Source of the DNA: Pelagibacteraceae bacterium AG-349-L23
GTDB taxonomy: Bacteria > Pseudomonadota > Alphaproteobacteria > Pelagibacterales > Pelagibacteraceae
Reading direction: 5' to 3'
Assembly: GCA_003281045.1 (NCBI GenBank)
Contig: QCDD01000001.1
Coordinates: forward strand, 62,208 to 126,207
DNA: 64,000 nt
In this document: in pieces, positions 18,866 to 29,048 of the stretch
How positions within the stretch are numbered: position 1 is the stretch's first letter
Layout: each line of letters opens with the position of its first letter
The notes under the pieces: generated by a model
What the model was told of the DNA's origin: nothing
What the model saw: only the letters and a program-made list of their open reading frames with translations
Database searches by the model: none
Made by a program: the position numbers and the translations under genes

Positions 18866-19644
18866 TTTAATTCATTAAGCCAATTTTTAAGCTCTAACAT
18901 TCTTTTTTCTTTGTCCGAAACTGAAATTTCTTTTTTGATAAAAGCAATGTGTTTTTGAACTTCTGTATCATCTTTAAATACTTTTCTACTTTCAATTAAC
19001 CTTTCTTTTCTGAACTCAATAAGATTAATCATTTTTTCATAAGTTATTTCTGGATGATATTGTAGTCCCCAAATTTTTGTCTTATTAACCTCAAAATATA
19101 AACCTTGAACTTTATTAATCTTATTTGAGGCTAAACATATTCCTTTATCAGGTATTTTTACCACCTCATCAAAATTGAATGCCGGAGAATTAAATTTTTT
19201 ATCTTTATTTTTATAAAGCGGATGTTTTATCCCATTGTTGTTTATCTCTATTTCATTTGCTATACCAATATGTGAATTATCCGCCTTTTTGACTTGGCCA
19301 CCTGCTGCTGTGACTGCTACTTGCATACCCCAACAAATTGCCAAAATTTTTCCTACTTTATTTTGACAATTTTTCATGAATTCAATTTGCCTTCTAATTT
19401 CTGGAGTATCATTATAAATATTTAAACTACTTCCACCCCAAATAAGACCATCATACTGCTCGAGTTGATCTGATATTAATTGAATATTTTGATCTGATGA
19501 AGGATTAACAACATCAAATGATAGTTCATTAGTAAAATGACTTAAGCTGTCTTTTAAACTTTCTGTATGTGTTTGAATACCATTTTCTGAAAAGCTCTCA
19601 TTTTCTTCCCTTAAGTTTCCCTCTACAATTAATATTTTTTTCAT
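18862..19644 (-). CDS. Class I glutamine amidotransferase-like (possible gamma-glutamyl amide hydrolase)
   Basis: Nucleophile elbow AICWGMQ and QYHPE catalytic triad. Confidence 0.85.
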   Translation of the reverse strand: MKKILIVEGNLREENESFSENGIQTHTESLKDSLSHFTNELSFDVVNPSSDQNIQLISDQLEQYDGLIWGGSSLNIYNDTPEIRRQIEFMKNCQNKVGKILAICWGMQVAVTAAGGQVKKADNSHIGIANEIEINNNGIKHPLYKNKDKKFNSPAFNFDEVVKIPDKGICLASNKINKVQGLYFEVNKTKIWGLQYHPEITYEKMINLIEFRKERLIESRKVFKDDTEVQKHIAFIKKEISVSDKEKRMLELKNWLNELN

Positions 19645-20801
19645 TCAAACAATTCTCCTGAAATGCTATGTTGATACATCAGTTTAAGATCCTCTTGATT
19701 TATTTTTTTTGGATTACCACTTGTAGATGGATCTTCTAAAGCCATCAGAGATAATTTATTTAAATCTAGTTTAGAACAATCCATAATGTCAGATAGTTTA
19801 TGGGGGATTGCTAAATCTTTTCTTAAATTCAAAATCCACAATAAAAAACTTTCAAAATTTTTATCTAAATCCAAATAATCACAAATTGAGATAATTTTTT
19901 TTTCTATAATAGATTTATTAAAAGTTAATACGTACGGCATAAAGATTGCATTACTCAATCCATGATGAATATTATATTGAGCATTAACAGGATGGCTCAA
20001 TGAATGAATAGCACCTAATCCCTTTTGAAAAGCTGTTGAACCCATTGACGAAGCTGCCAAAAGATTTTGTCTAGCCTCAATATTTTTTCCATCTTTGTAT
20101 GCAGAAACAAGTGAATTTTTAATAAGTTTCATTCCCTCTAAAGCAATACCATCTGCCATAGGATGAAAGTTTGGTGCACAGTATGCCTCAAAATTGTGAG
20201 CTAAGGCATCCATTCCTGTTGCGGCAGTTAACCTCGGAGAAAGTTCAATAGTCAATTTTGGATCTAGAATGACAATTGAAGGTAAAATTTTTGGATGAAA
20301 TATAATTTTTTTAACACCCGTTTTTTTATTTATGATTGCAGATGCTCGACCAGTTTCAGATCCTGTTCCTGCAGTAGTCGGAATTGCAATTATTGGAAAA
20401 ATATTTTTATCATTAGCTCTTTTCCAATAATCTCCAACATCCTCAAAATCCCAAATGGGTCTACTTTGACCTGACATAAAAGCTATAGCTTTCCCAACAT
20501 CAATTGCACTTCCTCCACCAATCGTAATTACGCCATCACAATCATTCTGTTTAAATTCTTTCACACCCTCATCGACATTCTCACCAAATGGATTTCCTGT
20601 AAAATTTGAAAATAATATTAACTTTTTAAATTTTTTTTTAATTTCAATAATTACCTCCTTAATAAATGTAAGATTTACTAAATCTTTGTCAGTGACAAAT
20701 AATGGATTGTTAATCTTTAAATTATGGCAAGCTTCACCTAAATCTTTAACTCTATCTTTGCCTACCCAAACTGTTGTTGGATAATTCCAATTAGATTTCA
20801 T
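19641..20801 (-). CDS. Iron-containing alcohol dehydrogenase
   Basis: GGGSAID, PTTAGTGSE, GMDALAH, HSLSH, HHG. Confidence 0.93.
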   Translation of the reverse strand: MKSNWNYPTTVWVGKDRVKDLGEACHNLKINNPLFVTDKDLVNLTFIKEVIIEIKKKFKKLILFSNFTGNPFGENVDEGVKEFKQNDCDGVITIGGGSAIDVGKAIAFMSGQSRPIWDFEDVGDYWKRANDKNIFPIIAIPTTAGTGSETGRASAIINKKTGVKKIIFHPKILPSIVILDPKLTIELSPRLTAATGMDALAHNFEAYCAPNFHPMADGIALEGMKLIKNSLVSAYKDGKNIEARQNLLAASSMGSTAFQKGLGAIHSLSHPVNAQYNIHHGLSNAIFMPYVLTFNKSIIEKKIISICDYLDLDKNFESFLLWILNLRKDLAIPHKLSDIMDCSKLDLNKLSLMALEDPSTSGNPKKINQEDLKLMYQHSISGELFE

Positions 20802-20807
20802 AATTTT

Positions 20808-21767
20808 TTAAGTGACTGTAAGTTTTCTATTATTCAATATTGCTCTAAATAAACTAATCATTAAAGGAATTTTTTTCTTATTAATTTTTCTCATAATATA
20901 TGGGGCAATTTCTCTAACTAACTGTTCTCCTTCAACAGTGTCATTAGGCATAAATCTTTTTTTTGCATTTTTAAATGTATATCCTTTTCCTAAGTAACTG
21001 CCCATTTTACTATTTCGACCACCCGCAGCGCTAACATATAAATCACCAACACCAGCAAGACCGAGTGTACTTGTTTCTTTTCCTTTAAAATATTTTGTCA
21101 AATATTTCATTTCATTAATTGATCTTTGAAATAAACTTGATGACGTATTTAGACTTTGACCAGCACCTATAATCATTGCATATATATTTTTAATCGCAGA
21201 GCAGACTTCTACACCAATAATATCTTTCGAGAATTCATTTAAATAATATTTTGTAGAAATCCTTTTTCCAATTTTTTTTGCAAAATTTATACTTTTATTT
21301 GCAATTATTACACTTGTCTGATGTTTTCTCGCCAACTCTTTTGCTAAGCAAGGACCTTTTAAAACTGAGATATTTTTTATCCCAGAAATTTTTTGAAGTT
21401 TTTCAGAAATGGTAAAAATTTTCTTACTACTAGATATATATTTTAACCCTTTGGTAAGAACCAACAAAGGTGTATTAATCTTATTTTTCTTCAACTCTTT
21501 ACCAATAAAGTCTATTCCAGGTAAACTTAATGCAATTACTATTAAATCAAATTTTTCTTTTAATAAATCACCAGAATATTTTCGAAATTTAAGTTTTTTT
21601 GGTAAATTCATTTTTAATGCAGAATGGTATTTTCTTTTTGAGGATAATTCTTTTATAAATTTTTTTGAGTACGGCTCAGTAATTACAACATCATTCTTAT
21701 TTTCCAGGCAGGGAATTGTGAAAGCAGATCCCATAGCCCCTCCTCCAATTATTAAAAATTTTTTCAT
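20808..21767 (-). CDS. gpsA: NAD(P)H-dependent glycerol-3-phosphate dehydrogenase family protein (divergent)
   Basis: GGGAMG, LTKG, GPCLAKE, GVEVCSAIKN, GLAGVGDL, GRN, VEG. Confidence 0.75.
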   Translation of the reverse strand: MKKFLIIGGGAMGSAFTIPCLENKNDVVITEPYSKKFIKELSSKRKYHSALKMNLPKKLKFRKYSGDLLKEKFDLIVIALSLPGIDFIGKELKKNKINTPLLVLTKGLKYISSSKKIFTISEKLQKISGIKNISVLKGPCLAKELARKHQTSVIIANKSINFAKKIGKRISTKYYLNEFSKDIIGVEVCSAIKNIYAMIIGAGQSLNTSSSLFQRSINEMKYLTKYFKGKETSTLGLAGVGDLYVSAAGGRNSKMGSYLGKGYTFKNAKKRFMPNDTVEGEQLVREIAPYIMRKINKKKIPLMISLFRAILNNRKLTVT

Positions 21768-21919
21768 ATTAGTTTAAATTCAAAAATATTAATTAAACAA
21801 AAATTTAAAATGCAACACATACGTGAAAATTTTCTATGTCAATTTTCGTATTAAGTCATTATTTTATTTTAAATTTTAATATTTTGTTAGTAAAATAAAC
21901 TTAATTTTTATTAAATCTT

Positions 21920-23251
21920 ATGAGTAAAGTAGCTATTATCGGTGCAGGTCCATGTGGCTTATCAATGTTAAGAGCATTTGAGCAAGCAGAAAAAAAAGGT
22001 GAAAAAATTCCTGAAGTGATTTGTTTTGAAAAACAAGAAGATTGGGGTGGTCTCTGGAATTATAGTTGGCGAACAGGTTCTGATCAGTATGGAGATCCAG
22101 TTCCAAATAGTATGTATAGATATCTTTGGTCTAATGGGCCCAAGGAATGTTTAGAGTTTGCTGACTATTCTTTTGATAAACATTTTGGCAAAGCAATTCC
22201 GTCATTTCCTCCAAGGGAGGTACTATACGACTATATTGTTGGAAGAGCTAAAAGTGGAAATTTAAAAAATAAAGTTAAATTTAATACAAGAGTCATTAAT
22301 ACAATCTTTAAAAATGAAAAATTTGAAATTAGCTATCAGGACAAAGTAAATGATAAAATTTTAAAAGAAAATTTCGATTTTGTAATTGTCTCAACTGGTC
22401 ATTTTTCTGTTCCGTTTATTCCTGAATATGATGGAATGAAATCATTCCCGGGAAGAATTATGCACTCCCACGACTTTAGAGACGCAGAAGAGTTTAGAGG
22501 TAAAAATATTGTGGTATTAGGCAGTAGTTATTCAGCTGAAGATATTGCGCTTCAATGTAATAAGTATGGAGCAAAAAGTGTAACTATTGGATATAGACAT
22601 AACCCAATGGGATTCAAATGGCCTAAAGGCATGAAAGAAGTCCATTACTTAGATAGACTAGATGGAAAGAAAGCTATCTTTAAAGATGGTACTGAACAAG
22701 TAACCGACGTTATAATTTTATGTACAGGATACTTACACCATTTTCCATTTTTAGAGGAAAACTTACAACTGAAAACAAGAAATAGACTCTATCCACCTAA
22801 ATTATACAAAGGTGTAGTCTGGCAAGATAATCATAAACTAATGTATCTTGGCATGCAGGACCAATTTCATACATTTAATATGTTCGATTGCCAAGCTTGG
22901 TATGCTCGTGATGTAGTTATGGGTAAAATAAAAATGCCTGATAGTAAAGAAATTGAAAATGACATAAACAAATGGGTTGCAATGGAAGAAAAACTTGAAA
23001 ATCCTGATCAAATGATTGATTTTCAAACAGAGTATACCAAGGAGCTACATGAAATGTCTGATTACCCTAAAATTGATTTTGAATTAATAAGAAAACATTT
23101 TAAAGAATGGGAACATCATAAAGTTGAAGACATATCAACTTATAGAGATAAATCTTTCTCATCCCCGGTAACAGGATCTGTTGCACCGGTTCACCACACG
23201 CCTTGGGCAAAAGCAATGGATGATACTTTAAAAACTTTTTTGAATAAATAA
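21920..23251 (+). CDS. tmm: Trimethylamine monooxygenase (bacterial FMO)
   Basis: GAGPCG, WGGLWNY, SMYRYLWSNGPKECLEF, FPGRIMHSHDFR, GSSYSAED; adjacent to TMAO transporter. Confidence 0.93.
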   Translation: MSKVAIIGAGPCGLSMLRAFEQAEKKGEKIPEVICFEKQEDWGGLWNYSWRTGSDQYGDPVPNSMYRYLWSNGPKECLEFADYSFDKHFGKAIPSFPPREVLYDYIVGRAKSGNLKNKVKFNTRVINTIFKNEKFEISYQDKVNDKILKENFDFVIVSTGHFSVPFIPEYDGMKSFPGRIMHSHDFRDAEEFRGKNIVVLGSSYSAEDIALQCNKYGAKSVTIGYRHNPMGFKWPKGMKEVHYLDRLDGKKAIFKDGTEQVTDVIILCTGYLHHFPFLEENLQLKTRNRLYPPKLYKGVVWQDNHKLMYLGMQDQFHTFNMFDCQAWYARDVVMGKIKMPDSKEIENDINKWVAMEEKLENPDQMIDFQTEYTKELHEMSDYPKIDFELIRKHFKEWEHHKVEDISTYRDKSFSSPVTGSVAPVHHTPWAKAMDDTLKTFLNK

Positions 23252-23258
23252 TTAAGTT

Positions 23259-25412
23259 TTAATCAATACCTAGGTGTTTTTTTCTTTTTTCAACCCAAGA
23301 TCTTATCAGATTATCAAATATAAGAGCTATAAAAGCTACACAAATACCAAGTGTTAACCCAATCCCAGCACCTTTTTTATCCGATAGTGCTTTTAATATA
23401 TATTGTCCTAAATCTTCAGTACCAATGAAAGCTCCAATAATTACCATGAATAAAGCAAATACAATTGTTTGATTTATACCAAGCATCATATGAGGAAAAG
23501 CTAAAGGAAATTCTATCTTTGTTAGTCTTTGAAATTTATTGACACCAGACATGGTTGCAGCATCGTGTAAACCAGCAGGAACACTTCTCAATCCCTCAAT
23601 GGTGTATCTAGTAGCAGGTATTGTTGCATAAACTATAACAGCTATTAAAACAGATGTATCCGTAATACCGAATAACATCATCACTGGAATTAGATAAACA
23701 AATGATGGGAATGTTTGAAAAATATCACATACTCCTAACATGAAATTAGCAGAGCGTTTATTTTGAAAACATAATGTTCCAACAGTAAATCCAATAGTGC
23801 AAGATACAATTACTCCAAATGTTGCCATATAAGTTGTTACTAAAGCTCTATCCCACCAAGGACTTAAGGCAATAAATAGTGTCAATCCACAAACAACTAA
23901 AGCTGAACGAATTCCACCAATTAGATATCCCGCACCAACAACTAAAACGATAGTTGCTACAGCTGGCATCCTTAAATATAAAGCTCTCATTGGTTGAAGC
24001 ACCTCTTGAATGAGCCATGTATTAAATGCTTTAATATAAACAAAAAAAGTATCAAAAATCCAATCAACCCCTTTATTCCAAAAATCAGCAGTTGATATTC
24101 CTTTATTATGTGGAACTTCAAATAGATAATTAAAACTACCTTTAAATAAAAAGGTTCCAATATAAGCTAGTACTATTCCAACAATTACTGTTGCTGCAAA
24201 AAATAAGATATTTTTATTTCTTTGAAAGAATGTCAGATTACCAAAATAATCTGTTTGTTTATTAGCCCAAGCTAACGACATTTTATCTAATAAAATCGCA
24301 ATTAAGCTAATACACAGGCCTGCTTCTAGTGCTAATCCTATATTTAACTGATTTAGCGCCAATAGCAGATTAAATCCTAAACCTTTTGCACCAATAAAAG
24401 CTGAAATTACTGCCATGGAAAAACACACCATAATGACTTGGTTAACACCAATTAAAATATCTCTTCTTGCAGTTGGAATTAAAACTTTAAACATTAATTG
24501 CCAATTGTTACATCCACTCATTCTACCAGCTTCAATAACTTCTGGAGGTACTGCTCTTAAGCCTAATATGGTTAGTAATATCATTGGTGGTATAGCTACA
24601 ACCATGGTGATTATAACTGCAGCATGATCACCAACTCCAAAAAGAACTAAAGCAGGAACCAATACTGCATATTGCGGCATAGTCTGCATCACCAATAATA
24701 TTGGATAAAGAGCTTTCTCGACACGTTTACTTTTAAATGCTGCTATTCCTAAGCCTAACCCAAAAATAAACGACAAGGGTGCTGCAACTAATATAAATGA
24801 AAGAGTTTGCATAGATGGTTTCCATTGACCAAATATTGAAATATAAATCATCGTTAAACCGGCAAACAATGCTAGACCTTTCCCACTCACTTTATATGAA
24901 AGGATTGCTGCACCTGCTGCTACAATAGTCCATGGTAATCCTGGAAGTTCAGCCCAAGGATTTTTATCGATCCAATCCCAACTACTAAATGCCACTATAG
25001 TTTCAAGACCACCTAATAAAACCTCTCTTATTAACTGTATTAAGAAAGTCATAAACGCTGTTAAATTTCTACTTATTTGTAAAACTATAGGACGACTTTT
25101 AAACTCTTGTGTATCTTCATTCCAAACCTCAATTGGCATCCATTCATTCATTAGGAAAAATAAAGAGTCGTTTATCCAAATAGGTAGCCAGCCTAGTAAT
25201 GGAGGCAAACGCCAAAAAACATCAAAGGCATAATATCTCACCTCTTTCCCTAAAAACACATAACTACTCTGATTTGGATCTTTTACAAATTCTGCTTGGC
25301 CACGGATAAATTTATATGTTTCTGGAACTTCAATAGCGAAACATAAAGCAAAAAATACGATTAATAAGAATAACCATTGAAATGTTTTGGGGTATTTTTT
25401 TAAAAATTCCAT
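23259..25412 (-). CDS. tmoV: TMAO ABC transporter permease (two fused ProW-type domains)
   Basis: Two EAA-type loops (EAGRMSG, DAATMSG) and two GxNQ motifs; with ATPase and TmoX. Confidence 0.85.
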   Translation of the reverse strand: MEFLKKYPKTFQWLFLLIVFFALCFAIEVPETYKFIRGQAEFVKDPNQSSYVFLGKEVRYYAFDVFWRLPPLLGWLPIWINDSLFFLMNEWMPIEVWNEDTQEFKSRPIVLQISRNLTAFMTFLIQLIREVLLGGLETIVAFSSWDWIDKNPWAELPGLPWTIVAAGAAILSYKVSGKGLALFAGLTMIYISIFGQWKPSMQTLSFILVAAPLSFIFGLGLGIAAFKSKRVEKALYPILLVMQTMPQYAVLVPALVLFGVGDHAAVIITMVVAIPPMILLTILGLRAVPPEVIEAGRMSGCNNWQLMFKVLIPTARRDILIGVNQVIMVCFSMAVISAFIGAKGLGFNLLLALNQLNIGLALEAGLCISLIAILLDKMSLAWANKQTDYFGNLTFFQRNKNILFFAATVIVGIVLAYIGTFLFKGSFNYLFEVPHNKGISTADFWNKGVDWIFDTFFVYIKAFNTWLIQEVLQPMRALYLRMPAVATIVLVVGAGYLIGGIRSALVVCGLTLFIALSPWWDRALVTTYMATFGVIVSCTIGFTVGTLCFQNKRSANFMLGVCDIFQTFPSFVYLIPVMMLFGITDTSVLIAVIVYATIPATRYTIEGLRSVPAGLHDAATMSGVNKFQRLTKIEFPLAFPHMMLGINQTIVFALFMVIIGAFIGTEDLGQYILKALSDKKGAGIGLTLGICVAFIALIFDNLIRSWVEKRKKHLGID

Positions 25413-25414
25413 AA

Positions 25415-26443
25415 TTAATTATTATTTTTTCTTCCTCCAAAAACTGTATTAATAATTTTAGTTGGGTTTATAGAACCCACAATTTCATTTTTATTATCGA
25501 TCACAGCTACGGCTTTTTCTTGAGTAAGAATTTTTTCTGCAACATTTTCGATTATTTCATCCTTTGAAACTTTTAAATCACCTAAATCATTTTTAGATGC
25601 ATCCATTACATCTTCAATTAATAAAACTTTTTCTCTTGGAACCTCTTCTGTAAACTTTCGTACGTACTCTGTGGCTGGATTTAAAACAATATTAGCAGGG
25701 GTATCTAATTGCTCAATTATACCATCTTTCATAATTGCGATACGATCAGCAAGTTTTAAAGCTTCATCAAAATCATGAGTAATGAACATAATTGTTTTTT
25801 GTAATTTTTCTTGAAGTCTTAAAAATTCATCTTGCATTTCTTTTCTTATTAAAGGATCTAAAGCTGAAAATGGTTCATCTAAAAACCAAATATCTGGTTC
25901 GACTGCCAAAGATCTAGCGATACCAACTCGTTGTTGCTGTCCTCCAGATAATTCTCTTGGAAAATAGTTTTCTCTTCCATCAAGTCCAACTAGCTTGACC
26001 ATATCCATTGCTTTACTGATACTATCCTCAGTTTTAATACCTTTAATCTGAAGTGGAAAAGCGATGTTCTCCACAACTGTTTTATGAGGCAGTAAAGCAA
26101 AGCTTTGGAAAACCATACCCATTTTATTTCTTCTTAGTTCAATAAGCTCTTTGTTGTTTAGTTGTAATAGATCTTGACCTTCAATGAAAATTTTACCACC
26201 TGTTGCATCTGTTAATCTAGATATACATCTCAATAATGTTGATTTACCTGAACCAGATAAACCCATGACAACTAACATCTCACCTTTTGAGACTTCAAAT
26301 GATGCGTTGTTTACACCTACGATACATCCATTTTTTTGAAAAGTTTTGGCATCAACATTTCCATTTGACTCTTGAAGCATTTTTTTGGCATTTGATCCAA
26401 AAATTTTGTAGACATTTTCACATTTAATTACTGTCTCAGCCAT
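25415..26443 (-). CDS. tmoW: TMAO/betaine ABC transporter ATP-binding subunit
   Basis: GLSGSGKS, LSGGQQQRV, LDEPFSALDP; ProV-type. Confidence 0.88.
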   Translation of the reverse strand: MAETVIKCENVYKIFGSNAKKMLQESNGNVDAKTFQKNGCIVGVNNASFEVSKGEMLVVMGLSGSGKSTLLRCISRLTDATGGKIFIEGQDLLQLNNKELIELRRNKMGMVFQSFALLPHKTVVENIAFPLQIKGIKTEDSISKAMDMVKLVGLDGRENYFPRELSGGQQQRVGIARSLAVEPDIWFLDEPFSALDPLIRKEMQDEFLRLQEKLQKTIMFITHDFDEALKLADRIAIMKDGIIEQLDTPANIVLNPATEYVRKFTEEVPREKVLLIEDVMDASKNDLGDLKVSKDEIIENVAEKILTQEKAVAVIDNKNEIVGSINPTKIINTVFGGRKNNN

Positions 26444-26508
26444 AAATTTTAATTAAGTTATATGAAAATAAGGTAAAGTTAAATCCATAATATTGTAACC
26501 ATTTCACC

Positions 26509-27060
26509 TTAAAAATTTTTAATAAAATAAACTCTAGTATCAATTCCAGTACTTAAGAAACTTAGGGCCTCACCACTAACAGTTATTGATTCATTTACCC
26601 CTACATTGTTTCCGCTTACTGTAAAACCTGCAAAACACTTATTTTTTGTGTCATCCCATTTTACAAACGTCTCATCAATTTTATTTCCGTTAATTGTATA
26701 AATTTCATGAGCTCTAAAATTTAAAAAATTTGCACCCATTATCGCACGTTGTGGGATCAACTTTGTTGCCTTACAAACTTGTTCATATACTTCATCACTT
26801 AGTTTAAAATGATCAGTGCCATCAAATGTAACTAATATGCCAGAAGGAAGTTTTGAAATAAGCTCACTTAATTTTTTCTCTTGAGCAATTCTTTCCTCCT
26901 CAAGTTTCATTTTTCTTACCAATTCATCACCTCCACCAAACATAATGTTTAAAACGAAAAAAGATGATATGACTATTAGGATAATAATTACTAACCCACC
27001 AAATTGTTTGGTGAATTCAGGTAAATTTTTAATCTTATCTAAGTTACTTTCTTTTGACAT
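26509..27060 (-). CDS. Hypothetical membrane-anchored protein
   Basis: One N-terminal TM helix, coiled segment, two Cys in the soluble domain. Confidence 0.7.
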   Translation of the reverse strand: MSKESNLDKIKNLPEFTKQFGGLVIIILIVISSFFVLNIMFGGGDELVRKMKLEEERIAQEKKLSELISKLPSGILVTFDGTDHFKLSDEVYEQVCKATKLIPQRAIMGANFLNFRAHEIYTINGNKIDETFVKWDDTKNKCFAGFTVSGNNVGVNESITVSGEALSFLSTGIDTRVYFIKNF

Positions 27061-27444
27061 TTAATCTTGTAATTTACCATTTTTCCAAATTCCAGATTTC
27101 ACTGATCCATCAGCCCAAGTAAAAGTTCCTTTACCATTCATAAATCCTTTAGCCCATTCACCTTCATAAGTTGACCCATCGGGAAATGTCAAAATACCAA
27201 TTCCACTCCATTCACTATTCTTGAATTCGCCTTTATAAATATATCCATTTGGCCAAGTCTCAACACCTTGACCATTTTTTTTTGTACCTACCCACTCTCC
27301 TTCGTAAGTTGTTTTGTCAGTGTAAACCCACTTACCGAAACCATTTTCACAATTACCCTCCTTACATCCGGTGCTTCTAGCTAAAGCAACCGATGAAATT
27401 AAGAAACTTAAAATTATGGTGAGAAGAAATTTTTTCATGAACAT
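27061..27444 (-). CDS. Exported MORN-repeat protein
   Basis: Signal peptide, CKEGNCENGFG cap, repeats YEGEW..NGQG, YKGEF..SGIG, YEGEW..NGKG. Confidence 0.88.
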   Translation of the reverse strand: MFMKKFLLTIILSFLISSVALARSTGCKEGNCENGFGKWVYTDKTTYEGEWVGTKKNGQGVETWPNGYIYKGEFKNSEWSGIGILTFPDGSTYEGEWAKGFMNGKGTFTWADGSVKSGIWKNGKLQD

Positions 27445-27472
27445 AGTTTACACAAAAACAATTAAAAAAAAA

Positions 27473-27934
27473 TTAGACTTTTTTGTCATTTTTAGTGCAA
27501 GAATAAATAGAAATATATTTTTCAGAATTTTCACTTTTTATATTTTTGGTAATTTCGTGAATTAATTCACCTGTTTTCCTAGTAATAATACCTGACTCAG
27601 AATAATTTTTTTCTTTATCGATAGATTTAAATAAAACCACATCTTTATTTACAACCTTTACATTTAACGATTCAGACTCAGAAAGAAATAATGTTAATCC
27701 CGTTATTAAAAGAGTTTGTGGTTTTTTTGATTGAATTTTAAATTTGTCTAAATCTTTTTCTTTTAAATCTTTTGCCAGAAAAGTTTGATAATTATATTCG
27801 GAATTTTTAATAATTTTTTTTTCTAAAGAACACTTAAACTCAAGATTAATGTCTTCATTAATATTTATATCTTTTGCTAAAACTCCATTAAAAAAAAAGA
27901 AATTTACAAATATAAAAAGTAATATTTTAATCAT
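27473..27934 (-). CDS. Hypothetical exported protein
   Basis: Signal-peptide-like N-terminus (VLA-K), one Cys near each end. Confidence 0.65.
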   Translation of the reverse strand: MIKILLFIFVNFFFFNGVLAKDININEDINLEFKCSLEKKIIKNSEYNYQTFLAKDLKEKDLDKFKIQSKKPQTLLITGLTLFLSESESLNVKVVNKDVVLFKSIDKEKNYSESGIITRKTGELIHEITKNIKSENSEKYISIYSCTKNDKKV

Positions 27935-27951
27935 AAATTTTATCTAAAAAA

Positions 27952-27982
27952 AAATCTCCCCCAACGTTGTTGGGAGAGATTT
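27952..27982 (-). terminator. Intrinsic terminator after tmoX
   Basis: AAATCTCCCCCAAC-GTT-GTTGGGAGAGATTT inverted repeat followed by a T-run on the minus strand. Confidence 0.8.
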
Positions 27983-28004
27983 AAAGATTTAATAGCTCTT
28001 AACC

Positions 28005-28949
28005 TTATTTAGTAAAAGCTTGCCAAACTTTCTTATTGTCTGCTAACCATTTTTTAGCTGCATCCTCATGAGTCATTTTGTCAACGTCAACTAAAGCTGC
28101 CATTGCACCAATTTGACTTGTTGAGAACGAAAGTTTTTTAAATGCCGCTGCTGCTTTTGGATGAGTTTTTGGAAAGTCAGCATTAACTGCTTTTTTCAAA
28201 TAACCATCTGGCGAACCACATTTTCCATCACCACCATCCTCTGGTCTACAACCAGCTGTGTATGGAGGAAAGTCGATAAATGTAAAACCAGCACCATCAG
28301 TAAAGTTTGGTGTCCAGTTGAAGATGATTGTTCCTCTTCCTTCTTTTTCAGCTGCGGCTAACTCTGCCCATAAAGCATCTGCACTTCCAGCAAATTTAAC
28401 CCACCATAGATCACCTAAACCTAAAGCGTCAACCCTTTGTGGAATTAAATCACCATGCCATGTTTGTGGACCTTCCAACATTCTTCCTTTTCCATTTGGA
28501 GAGTCAGGTGTTGTAAAGTTTTTTGCACAATCTGGATTTTTTAATGCTGTCCAATCTGGTAAACCAGGACATAATCCTTTTTCAGCAACCCAATTAGGAT
28601 AACCCATATCCTCTAGAGTTCTTGCCTCATGATCTCCCCAATCTAACAAACCACCTTTATCTAAAGCAGTTGTGAATGATTTACCAAAAGCAGATTCCCA
28701 TACCTCGTGAGATATAGTTACATCACCAATTCTAATTGACTCGTATACTGCTTGAGAGTCAGCATTAACGTATTTTACGTTATTACCCATACTTTCGAAC
28801 ATTCCACCAATAACATAGGCCATTACAATTTGACTTGACCAGTTATGTGTCGGAATAACGATGGGTTTTTTACTATCTGCATTTGCTATACCAGCGAAAC
28901 TTACCGCTGAGATTATCATTGCAGATACAAATGATATTATTTTTCGCAT
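28005..28949 (-). CDS. tmoX: TMAO ABC transporter substrate-binding protein
   Basis: Signal peptide; HNWSSQ, HEVWE, CPGLPDW, FNWTPNF; divergent from tdm. Confidence 0.88.
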   Translation of the reverse strand: MRKIISFVSAMIISAVSFAGIANADSKKPIVIPTHNWSSQIVMAYVIGGMFESMGNNVKYVNADSQAVYESIRIGDVTISHEVWESAFGKSFTTALDKGGLLDWGDHEARTLEDMGYPNWVAEKGLCPGLPDWTALKNPDCAKNFTTPDSPNGKGRMLEGPQTWHGDLIPQRVDALGLGDLWWVKFAGSADALWAELAAAEKEGRGTIIFNWTPNFTDGAGFTFIDFPPYTAGCRPEDGGDGKCGSPDGYLKKAVNADFPKTHPKAAAAFKKLSFSTSQIGAMAALVDVDKMTHEDAAKKWLADNKKVWQAFTK

Positions 28950-28980
28950 TTATTCCCCTTTCTTAATATTAAGTGTGAAT

Positions 28981-29009
28981 AGTATGTGCCTAAGTAAAAT
29001 GATAGTCAA
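28981..29009 (-). promoter_or_regulatory. Putative sigma70 promoter of tmoX
   Basis: Minus strand TTGACT-N17-CATACT; AGGGG RBS before the ATG. Confidence 0.55.
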
Positions 29010-29048
29010 CTAATAGATATTTATATAATATAATAATAGATATAAAAA

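Noticed and set aside
27061-27444. Periodic sequence suggesting a DNA repeat or CRISPR array
   Set aside because: Periodicity is at the protein level (MORN repeats); no identical direct repeats with spacers were seen anywhere in the window
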